DNA from: Propionibacterium freudenreichii subsp. freudenreichii
Lineage (GTDB): Bacteria; Actinomycetota; Actinomycetes; Propionibacteriales; Propionibacteriaceae
Reading direction: 5' to 3'
DNA length: 32,000 bases
NCBI RefSeq assembly: GCF_000940845.1
Contig: NZ_CP010341.1
Coordinates: forward strand, 540,001 to 572,000
The translations under genes and the position numbers were made by a program. This document shows, one piece after another, positions 17,036 to 24,365 of this stretch. The notes beneath the pieces are model-generated. The model worked only from the letters and a program-made list of their open reading frames with translations. It was not told the origin of the DNA and did no database searches. How positions within the stretch are numbered: the first letter of the stretch is position 1; each line of letters starts with the position of its first letter.

Positions 17036-18903
17036 CCACCGTCACCGGCAGCACCTCCCGGACCACGATCCGTCAGCAGGCGGGCACGAGCCTGTGGTCC
17101 CGCATCGACCGCACCGACCTTGCCCGCACCCTGTTCGTCGCCGCCTGCACCGCCGCCCTGGCCCTTGGTCTCGACTGGCCCTCGCCAACCGTGCCGCTGC
17201 TCGCCGTCATCGGGCTCGTCGTTGGCTGCTGGCCGGTGGTGGTGGAGGCCTGGCACGACATCCGCCAGCGTCGGATGAGCATGGAACTGTCCATGCTGCT
17301 GGCGATCATCGCCGCCGGCGTCATCGGCGAATGGACCACCTCGCTGCTCATCACCACCTTCGTGCTCGCCGCCGAGATCCTCGAGGACCTGTCGATGGAC
17401 CGTGGCCGCGACGCGCTGACCGCCCTGATGTCGTTCCTGCCCACCACCGTGACACTGCGCGAGGGGCACACCACCCGCGACATCGCGCTGGACGACGTGG
17501 CGCCCGGCCAGGTGCTGGTGATCGGGCCCGGCGAACGCGTCCCGGTCGACGGTGTGGTGGACAAGGGGCGGTCGACGCTCGACCAGTCGCGCATCACCGG
17601 TGAGTCCATGCCGGTGGACGTTGCCGTGGGCGACCCGGTCTACGCCGGCTCGATCAACCAGGTCGGTGCGCTGGAGGTGCGCGCCGAGCGCGTCGGTGCG
17701 AACTCGTCGTACGGGCGCATCGTGACGGCGGTCCGCGAGGCCCAGTCGTCGCGGGCGCCCGTGCAGCGGATGGCGGACCGGTTCGCGGCCTGGCTGGTCT
17801 ACCTGTCGATCGCCGGGGCGATCGTCACCTTCCTGGTCACCCGTGACCTGTCGGCGACGATCTCGGTGATCATCGTGGCCGGCGCCTGTGGCATCGCCGC
17901 CGGCACGCCACTTGCCGTCCTGGCGGCCATCGCCCGCATCGCCCGGGTGGGGGCCTTTGTCAAGGGTGGTGCACACCTCGAGGCACTCAGCGTGGTCGAC
18001 ACCGTCGTCTTCGACAAGACCGGCACACTCACCCGGGGCGTCCCGACCGTCACCGACGTGCGCACTGCGCCCGGCGTCAGCACGCAGCAACTCCTGGCCT
18101 GGGCGGGGGCCGCGGAAGCCTATTCCGAACATCCGCTGGGCAGGGCCATCGCCGCCCACGTGCGCGCGGCAGGCGTGGCGCCGGGCACGGCCCAGTCCTT
18201 CGACTACCAGCCCGGACGCGGGGTCAGCGTCGAGGTCGACGGACGCATGATCGCCGCCGGCAACGCCCGCCTGGTGCCCGACGCCCCGGCGTCGGCAGCC
18301 GACGGGGTGGCCACGCCCGTCCATGTCAGCGTCGACGGGCACTATGCCGGTACGGTCCTGCTGGTCGACCAGGTACGCGACTCCGCGCGCAGCGTCGTCG
18401 CCGAACTGCGCCACCGCGGCTTGCGGGTGATGATGATCACCGGCGACCAGCCGGCCACCGCCCGGGCCGTTGCCGACGAGCTGGGCATCACCGAGGTGCG
18501 CGCCGGACTGCTGCCCGACGAGAAGCTTCGCGCCATCGACGCCGAACGCGCCGCCGGCCACCGGCTGGCCATGGTGGGGGACGGCGTCAACGACGCGCCC
18601 GCCCTGATGCGGGCGACGGTGGGCATCGCGATGGGCAGCGGCACCGACATTGCCCGGGACAGTGCAGACGTGGTGCTGATCAGCTCCGACCTGAACGACC
18701 TGGCCGCCACCCTGCACATTGCGCGGCGGGCACGACGCATCGTGATGTTCAACTTCGTCGGCACCATCGTGGTCGACGTGATCGGCATGGTCCTGGCCGC
18801 TTTCGGGCTGCTCGGCCCGGTGCTCGCGGCGGTCTTCCATGTGGGCAGCGAAAGCGCGTTCATCCTCAATTCGGCGCGGTTGATCCCGGGACGCCGCCAC
18901 TGA
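17032..18903 (+). CDS. heavy-metal-translocating P1B-type ATPase without an N-terminal metal-binding domain and with an atypical TM motif
   Basis: Motifs ITGES, FDKTGTLT and GDGVNDAPAL, and a (G)TP TM6 context. The position of the (C/S)PC motif reads G-A-C-G (codons 17881-17892). Confidence 0.92.
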   Translation: MTTVTGSTSRTTIRQQAGTSLWSRIDRTDLARTLFVAACTAALALGLDWPSPTVPLLAVIGLVVGCWPVVVEAWHDIRQRRMSMELSMLLAIIAAGVIGEWTTSLLITTFVLAAEILEDLSMDRGRDALTALMSFLPTTVTLREGHTTRDIALDDVAPGQVLVIGPGERVPVDGVVDKGRSTLDQSRITGESMPVDVAVGDPVYAGSINQVGALEVRAERVGANSSYGRIVTAVREAQSSRAPVQRMADRFAAWLVYLSIAGAIVTFLVTRDLSATISVIIVAGACGIAAGTPLAVLAAIARIARVGAFVKGGAHLEALSVVDTVVFDKTGTLTRGVPTVTDVRTAPGVSTQQLLAWAGAAEAYSEHPLGRAIAAHVRAAGVAPGTAQSFDYQPGRGVSVEVDGRMIAAGNARLVPDAPASAADGVATPVHVSVDGHYAGTVLLVDQVRDSARSVVAELRHRGLRVMMITGDQPATARAVADELGITEVRAGLLPDEKLRAIDAERAAGHRLAMVGDGVNDAPALMRATVGIAMGSGTDIARDSADVVLISSDLNDLAATLHIARRARRIVMFNFVGTIVVDVIGMVLAAFGLLGPVLAAVFHVGSESAFILNSARLIPGRRH

Positions 18904-18954
18904 GGGCCCGGTGCTGCTGGCGGGAAGGTGCTGCCAACGGGCAAGTGGTCCTGA

Positions 18955-19019
18955 GCGCCCGGTGCTGTTGAAGGGTGGGTGCCGCGCCCGGTGCTGCTGA
19001 GGAGTGGGCGCCGCGCCGG
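18955..19019. repeat. 29-bp tandem repeat x2 (25/29 identical) plus a partial third unit; a diverged earlier copy lies at ~18905-18935
   Basis: gcgcccggtgctgttgaagggtgggtgcc / gcgcccggtgctgctgaggagtgggcgcc / gcgccgg. It lies in the convergent gap between the ATPase and aminotransferase stops. Confidence 0.7.
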
Positions 19020-19040
19020 ATTCGGCCGTGGCGCCAGGCC

Positions 19041-20207
19041 CTAGCCGCGTCGTGACGCCAGGAAGTGACCGAGCCGGGAGAGCCCCTCGTCCAGTTCCCC
19101 GCGCGACGCCGCATACGACAGGCGCACATGGGTCTCGCCGGTGGTCGGCCCGAAATCACGCCCCGGGGTGAGCGCCACATGGGCGACGTCGAGGGCCTGC
19201 TCGCAGAACTGCCAGGCCCCCAGCCCGGTGCCGGACACGTCGATGTACACATAGAACGCACCATCGGGCACGACGGGCACCGGCAGGCCGATGCGAGCCA
19301 GGCCCTCGAGCACAAGCCGGCGCCGGGCGCCCAGCTCACGGCGTCGCCGTTCGCAGACCTCCAGCGTCTCGGGGGTGAAGCACGCCAGTGCCGCCTGCTG
19401 GGTGGGGTTGGAGGCCGACAGGAAATAGTTCATGGCCAGCCGTTCCACCGGCCCCACCAGCTGCGGGGGCAGCACCGCCCAACCGAGCCGCCAACCGGTC
19501 ATCCCGAAGTACTTCGAGAAGCTTCCGGTGACGATCGCGTCCGGATCGACCTCGAGCACGGTATGGGCGGGGCTGGCGTCCGACAGCTCAAGGTAGATCT
19601 CGTCGACGATGCGCCAGCCGCCCCGCGAGCGGGCCAGTTCGCAAATGGCGGCGAGCTCGTCGAACGGGATCGAGGTGCCGGTGGGATTCGAGGGACTGGC
19701 GATCATCACCGAGGTCGTGCGGTCGCCCCACGCCCGCTCGACCATGTCGGCGTCGAGCTGGTAGCGGGTCGCCGCCGTGGTGGGCAGCGCGACGACGGTG
19801 CCCCCGAACGACTGCACGAGCTCGCGGTTGCACGGATAGGAGGGGTCGGCCAGGATCACCTCGTCACCCGGATCGGTTGTTGCCGCGGTGGCCAACAGCA
19901 GCGCGGCCGAGGCGCCCATCGTGATGGCGATCCGCTCGGCGGGCACCTGCACACCGTGGCGATCGCGGTAGAAATCGGACAGGGCAGAGCGCAACTCGGG
20001 TAGGCCCAGTGGTGGGGTGTAGGGCAGGGGACGCCCGTCGAGGGCGTCGCGGCCAGCGGCCAGCACGGCCGGCGGCGCACCGAAGTCGGGCTCGCCGATC
20101 GACAGCTTCACCACATGATGGCCCTGTGCCTCGAGGTCGGCGGCCCGCTGGGCGAAATCGAGCGCATGGAAGGTCTCGGCGTTGCGGGCGCGGTGCGAAA
20201 CGGTCAC
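19041..20207 (-). CDS. class I/II PLP-dependent aminotransferase (aspartate/aromatic aminotransferase-like)
   Basis: Motifs LSIGEPDF..., ASPSNPTG and the PLP-lysine motif GSFSKYFGMTGWRLGW. GTG 20207 gives a family-typical ~388 aa. The track ORF extends to 20297 only by reading into the IS element. Confidence 0.88.
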   Translation of the reverse strand: MTVSHRARNAETFHALDFAQRAADLEAQGHHVVKLSIGEPDFGAPPAVLAAGRDALDGRPLPYTPPLGLPELRSALSDFYRDRHGVQVPAERIAITMGASAALLLATAATTDPGDEVILADPSYPCNRELVQSFGGTVVALPTTAATRYQLDADMVERAWGDRTTSVMIASPSNPTGTSIPFDELAAICELARSRGGWRIVDEIYLELSDASPAHTVLEVDPDAIVTGSFSKYFGMTGWRLGWAVLPPQLVGPVERLAMNYFLSASNPTQQAALACFTPETLEVCERRRRELGARRRLVLEGLARIGLPVPVVPDGAFYVYIDVSGTGLGAWQFCEQALDVAHVALTPGRDFGPTTGETHVRLSYAASRGELDEGLSRLGHFLASRRG

Positions 20208-20211
20208 TAGG
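20206..20211. repeat. target-site duplication ACTAGG (left copy)
   Basis: An identical hexamer lies at 21305-21310, immediately outside both IS ends. Confidence 0.85.
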
Positions 20212-21304
20212 TGTACTTCCCCGGGAGGTTGTGAACGGGTGAGGTAGCGAAGACCTCCGGGCAGGATGTGGGTTACCACACTCACTCTCCTGACCACGGA
20301 GGTCTTCGTGACTCACGCTAACGCACCCTTGACACCGGAAGGGCGTCGTCGTCTTGCTGTTCTCGTCGTGGAACAGGGCTGGTCGTTGCGGCGGGCGGCG
20401 GAACGGTTCCAGTGCTCGCCCGCGACGGTGAAGCGGTGGGCCGACAGGTACCGGGCAGGGCTGCCGTTGATCGACCGTAGTTCGAGGCCCACCTCGTCAC
20501 CGAACCGGCTTTCGCGTAAGACGGAGCATCGGATCGTCGCGTTGCGGTTCACTCGCCGGTGGGGTCCGCACCGGATCGCGTATCACCTGCGGTTGCACCG
20601 TTCCACGGTCGGTCGGGTGCTCGCCCGATACAAGATGCCGAAGCTGATCAACATCGACCAGGCCACCGGGCTGCCGGTTCGCCGCCCGAAGCCGAAACGG
20701 TACGAGGTCGCCGCGCCGGGCCAGCTCGTGCACGTAGATATCAAGAAACAAGGCCGGATCCCCGACGGCGGCGGGTGGCGTGCCCACGGTCGCGGATCCA
20801 TGCAGGACCGTCACGCGGGAGTGGCCCGCGACAAGGCAGCCCGTGCCGGGGCAGCCGGCTCTCGCGGCTACCGGTATCTGCACCACGCCGTGGACGACCA
20901 CTCCCGGATCGCGTACTCAGAGATCCTTGACGACGAGCGCAAAGAGACCGCAGCGGGGTTCTGGACCCGCGCGAACGCGTTCTTCGCAGGCCTGGGCGTC
21001 ACAGTCACCGCGGTGATGACCGACAACGGTTCCTGCTACCGGTCAGGCGCCTTCGCTGACGCGCTCGGCGACGAGGTGAAGCACAAGTGGACCCGGCCAT
21101 ACCGGCCGCAGACCAACGGCAAGGTCGAGCGGTTCAACCGAACCCTCGCCGTCGAGTGGGCCTACGCGAAGCCCTACGCCAGCGAAGCCGAGCGCGCCGC
21201 AGCCTACGAGACCTGGCTCCATCACTACAATCACCACAGACCCCACACCGGGATCGGCGGCCAGACTCCCTCAGCCCGCGTTCACAACGTCACGGGGAAG
21301 TACA
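20212..21304 (+). mobile_element. IS481-family insertion sequence, 1093 bp, apparently intact
   Basis: IRL is TGTACTTCCCCGGGAGGTTGTGAACGG (20212-20238). The reverse complement of IRR is TGTACTTCCCCGTGACGTTGTGAACGC (21278-21304), 24/27 identical. The element has a single DDE/integrase-core transposase ORF and a 6-bp ACTAGG duplication matching the NCTAGN preference described for IS481. Confidence 0.9.
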
Positions 21305-21309
21305 ACTAG
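20308..21309 (+). CDS. IS481-family transposase (HTH + rve integrase core)
   Basis: GTG 20308 is preceded by ACGGAGG. Sequence includes THANAPLTPEGRRRLAVLVVEQGWSLRRAAERFQCSPATVKRWADRY (HTH) ... HVDIKK ... MTDNGSCYRS ... RPYRPQTNGKVERFNRTL ... HHRPHTGIGGQTP. The stop TAG at 21307-21309 lies in the target duplication. Confidence 0.92.
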   Translation: MTHANAPLTPEGRRRLAVLVVEQGWSLRRAAERFQCSPATVKRWADRYRAGLPLIDRSSRPTSSPNRLSRKTEHRIVALRFTRRWGPHRIAYHLRLHRSTVGRVLARYKMPKLINIDQATGLPVRRPKPKRYEVAAPGQLVHVDIKKQGRIPDGGGWRAHGRGSMQDRHAGVARDKAARAGAAGSRGYRYLHHAVDDHSRIAYSEILDDERKETAAGFWTRANAFFAGLGVTVTAVMTDNGSCYRSGAFADALGDEVKHKWTRPYRPQTNGKVERFNRTLAVEWAYAKPYASEAERAAAYETWLHHYNHHRPHTGIGGQTPSARVHNVTGKYN

Positions 21310-21310
21310 G
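21305..21310. repeat. target-site duplication ACTAGG (right copy)
   Basis: Identical to 20206-20211. It contains the transposase stop codon. Confidence 0.85.
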
Positions 21311-21368
21311 CCTCCTGGCCAGACGGTCACCTGGCGGTCTTCCGGCCAGACGGTCTTGTGGCGCGATG

Positions 21369-22335
21369 TTACCGCCGGTGGGGGCCCTCGCCGGACGGCA
21401 GCGCCGACAGCAGGGCGAGCATCAGCTTGTTGGCGGGCACCTCGACGCCGACGCGTGCGGCCGTGCGCACCACGGCACCGGTGAGGGCGTCATATTCCAG
21501 CGGACGAGCGGCCAGGCGATCCGAGAGCATCGAGGTGGTGGCGTCACCGGGGATGGTCGCCAGCCAGTCCAAGGCGGCGGTTGCGTCGGCATGCGTCAGG
21601 TGGATGCCGGCTGCCTGCGCCACCGTCACCGCCTCGGCCATGAGCTGCCCGGCAGCCTGCCTGATGGCCGGTTCATGCAGCACTTCGGCACGTCGTCCGG
21701 TCAGTGCGGTGAGCGGATTCGCCGAGATATTGGTGAGTAGCTTGCGCCACGCCGCCGCCGCGAAATCATCCTCCAACCGGACGCGCAGGCCGCCGTGGGT
21801 GAGCTCATCGGCCAGCTCGCGGGCAGCTTCCCCGACCGGGAAGGCCAGGTCGACATCGCCCACGTGGTTCACCCGCGCGCGCCCGGGCGCCAGGCGTTCG
21901 ACATTTGAGGTAGACGATGGCCGGCACCACCTGCGGCGCGTCCGTCGGGGACGCACCTGCACCGGGCTGGCCCAGGTAGGGCGCCACCCGCTCGCGCTGT
22001 TCCACGCCGTTCTGGGCCACGAGCACCGTGACCTGCGGCCGGGCGACCGCGCGGAGCCAGTCGGCCGCCGAATCGGTCTGTTGGGCCTTGACGGCCACGA
22101 TCGCCGTGTCGACGTCGCCCAGCGTCGTGGGGTCGTCGGTGTGCTCCACCGCCCACGCCGAGGTGGTGCCGTGCTCGGTCACCTCGATGCGGTGGATGGG
22201 CGCGTGCCCGCCGCAAACGACCACCGCGCGGCCGGCTCGCAACAGTCCCGACGCCACGGCCATGCCGATGGCACCGGCGCCGATCAGCGCAACGCGGGGC
22301 CGGCGGCCGGCGGACCCGGACGATGGATGCGTCAC
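21369..22335 (-). pseudogene. panE: 2-dehydropantoate 2-reductase (ketopantoate reductase) interrupted by a +1 frameshift
   Basis: The N-terminal half (ORF 21805-22335, RVALIGAGAIG Rossmann, KAQQT, LVAQNGVE) and the C-terminal half (ORF 21369-21962, AAWRKLLTNISANPLTALTG, TSMLSDRLAARPLEYDALTGAVV) are in different frames. They join if one base is removed from the TTT run at 21904-21906, giving ...PAIVYLNVERLAPGRARVNHVG... A GTGA overlap links it to the upstream ADH gene. Confidence 0.8.
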
Positions 22336-23357
22336 AGCGTGAGCAGCACCTTGATGGCGGTGCGCTCGTCCATGGCCTTGTATCCCTCGGCGGCGCGCTC
22401 CAGCGGCAGGGTCAGGTCAAAGACCTTGCCGGGGTTGATCTTGCGGTCCCACACCAGCTGGATGAGCTCCGGCAGGAAGCGGCGCACCGGTGCCGGCCCG
22501 CCGAACAGGTGCACCTCGGCGGCGAACATCTTGTCCATCGGCAGGGCGACACCCTCATGCGCGACGCCCACGAAGCCGACATGCCCGCCCGGCCGGGTCG
22601 CGTCGACGGCCTGCATGAGCGACTGCTCGGTGCCCACGGCCTCGACGGCGCATTGGACGCCGAGCCCGCCGGTCGTCTGCTTGATCCGTTCGGCGCCGGC
22701 GTCGCCACGCTCCTCCACGATGTCGGTGGCCCCATATTCGCGGGCCAACTGCTGGCGTTCCGGATGGCGCGACATCGCAATGATCCGTTCCGCGCCCAGC
22801 TGCTTGGCGGCCAGCACCGCCATCAGTCCCACCGCACCATCGCCCACCACGGCGACGCTGCTTCCCTCGCCGACGCCAGCGGCGACGGCGCCGAACCAGC
22901 CGGTGCCGAGCACATCGGAGGTGGCCATCAGCGAAGGGATGAGGTCGGCATCGGGCTTGCCGGGCATCGCCACCAGCGTGCCGTCGGCGTAGGGGATGCG
23001 GGCCTTCTCGGCCTGCGTGCCAATGTGTTGCGAGACGAATTCCCCGTGCACGCAGCGCGACTGGTAGCCGGCCCGGCAGATCTCGCAGGTGTTGTCAGAG
23101 ATGCAGAACGACCCGACGACATGGTCACCCACATGGAGCGTGGTGACCGCCGAACCGATCTGCTCGACCACGCCCAGGTATTCGTGGCCCATCACCTGGT
23201 GGTGCACCGGGACGACGCCGCGGTAGGGCCACAGGTCCGACCCGCAGATACAGGTGGTGGTGATGCGGATCACCGCATCGGTCGGCTCGATGATCCTCGG
23301 GTCGTCGCGCTCTTCCACGCGGACAACTCCGGCAGATTCCATGATGACGCCACGCAT
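22332..23357 (-). CDS. zinc-dependent medium-chain alcohol dehydrogenase family protein
   Basis: 341 aa with catalytic and structural zinc motifs (CGSDLW, GHEYLGVV, CxxCxxCxxxxxxxC-like CISDNTCEICRAGYQSRC) and a GDGAVG NAD fold. Shine-Dalgarno is AAGGAG. Confidence 0.9.
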   Translation of the reverse strand: MRGVIMESAGVVRVEERDDPRIIEPTDAVIRITTTCICGSDLWPYRGVVPVHHQVMGHEYLGVVEQIGSAVTTLHVGDHVVGSFCISDNTCEICRAGYQSRCVHGEFVSQHIGTQAEKARIPYADGTLVAMPGKPDADLIPSLMATSDVLGTGWFGAVAAGVGEGSSVAVVGDGAVGLMAVLAAKQLGAERIIAMSRHPERQQLAREYGATDIVEERGDAGAERIKQTTGGLGVQCAVEAVGTEQSLMQAVDATRPGGHVGFVGVAHEGVALPMDKMFAAEVHLFGGPAPVRRFLPELIQLVWDRKINPGKVFDLTLPLERAAEGYKAMDERTAIKVLLTL

Positions 23358-23574
23358 ATCGGTGCTCCTTGGGGTAAGGGTGCTACACCCTCAAATCTAG
23401 TCCGCGCCGGCCGTACGGAGTGTCCACGCCAACCCGGCATCAACCATCCTGCCGCTCAACCCAAGGGTGCCGCCCGGCCCAGCCCGGCGCAGACCTTGCC
23501 CCCGCCCAAGCCGAGGATGCGCTCCCAACTCAACCCACTTCGCCCATTCCCCATCCGGTCCCGAATCGGATCAA

Positions 23575-23647
23575 GGTGGGGGGTCTGGGCGACCCGGCGC
23601 CGTGCGTAAGCGTCACAGCACAAGCCGGTCGCGCAGACCCCCCCACC
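23575..23647. repeat. hairpin element copy A: ~20-bp stem (1 mismatch, 1 bulge) around a conserved ~30-nt loop
   Basis: GGTGGGGGGTCTGGGCGACC - CGGCGCCGTGCGTAAGCGTCACAGCACAAGCC - GGTCGCGCAGACCCCCCCACC. It begins 27 nt downstream of the secreted-protein gene stop on the minus strand. Confidence 0.8.
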
Positions 23648-23673
23648 GACCAGGTTTTTGGGGCCCAACAACC

Positions 23674-24111
23674 TCACCAGTAGACGAAGTTGGCAATGGC
23701 CGGACTTGTCGCGCTGCCCGTCACGGTGCAATGGGCCAGGTGCTGCTTCTGACCGATCCGCACGCCGATCTGCACCTGCCAGCGGTCGGCATCACGCTGG
23801 AGCGTGGCCGTATCGAGCGTGTCATGGGCCTTCACCGCCAGGGCCGGTGCGGCCTTGGCGATCGTCTGCTCGGCCCGCTGCCCGCAGGCGTCCACGGCGA
23901 TGGACTGGGTGATGCCCTGCGAGGTCGCCTGCTGAGTGGTCGCGGCGGTGCGGCTGGCGGACTCGCCCCGGGCCGATTCCGTGCCGATCAGGCTTCCCGC
24001 CGCGGTGAGCGCCACCATGCCCATCATGGCAACGGGCACGGTCCTCCGCCACATCATCCGTGAATGCGATTGCCGACTGTGTGACTGCTGAGTGTCCATC
24101 ATCATCCCCAT
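23674..24111 (-). CDS. small secreted hypothetical protein (signal peptide, 2 Cys)
   Basis: Signal-like MMWRRTVPVAMMGMVALTAAGSLIG follows a short polar N-region. The start is uncertain (ATG 24111, or the ATG pair at 24057/24054). I recognise no family. Confidence 0.5.
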   Translation of the reverse strand: MGMMMDTQQSHSRQSHSRMMWRRTVPVAMMGMVALTAAGSLIGTESARGESASRTAATTQQATSQGITQSIAVDACGQRAEQTIAKAAPALAVKAHDTLDTATLQRDADRWQVQIGVRIGQKQHLAHCTVTGSATSPAIANFVYW

Positions 24112-24280
24112 CGATGACCCGTCACGGCTGCCGGCATCCCACCTGTCGTTGAGCGGCCATGACTGCCGCCAAGAATACTCGTGACAAGCCGGTTCGATGC
24201 CCAATAATTACCCACACCGAAGGCGAACCCTCGCGCAGAACCCGCCCCACGTCGACCCTTCCGGCGCGATCTGATCCAAG

Positions 24281-24350
24281 ACGGCAAAGTCCCGCGACCC
24301 GGCGCCGTGCGTAAGCATCACAGCACAAGCGGGTCGCGGGACTTCGCCGT
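24281..24350. repeat. hairpin element copy B: 20-bp stem (1 mismatch) around the same 30-nt loop
   Basis: ACGGCAAAGTCCCGCGACCC - GGCGCCGTGCGTAAGCATCACAGCACAAGC - GGGTCGCGGGACTTCGCCGT. It begins 15 nt downstream of the tal stop on the minus strand. Confidence 0.8.
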
Positions 24351-24365
24351 CGTCCGAAGAGAGGA

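Noticed and set aside
16858-18900. Very long ORFs antisense to real genes. Examples are 680 aa at 16858-18900 (-), 674 aa at 27573-29597 (-), 544 aa at 21358-22992 (+), 451 aa at 5963-7318 (-), 398 aa at 3068-4264 (+) and 485 aa at 25570-27027 (+).
   Set aside because: Their products are Arg/Gly/His/Pro-rich and low in complexity, with no motifs. Each lies opposite a gene with strong family signatures. Stop-codon scarcity in high-GC DNA explains them.
16207-18903. A tRNA-Lys-adjacent genomic islet carrying the arsR-ATPase pair; the 330-bp region after the tRNA is somewhat lower in GC.
   Set aside because: I could find no integrase gene or remnant, and no direct repeat of the tRNA 3' end downstream. 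The codon style of the two genes matches the rest of the window.
23376-23392. A small perfect hairpin/palindrome AGGGTG-cta-CACCCT just 5' of the Zn-ADH Shine-Dalgarno, considered as an operator or riboregulator.
   Set aside because: The 6-bp stem alone is within chance expectation for GC-rich DNA, and I have no second copy or known motif to support it.
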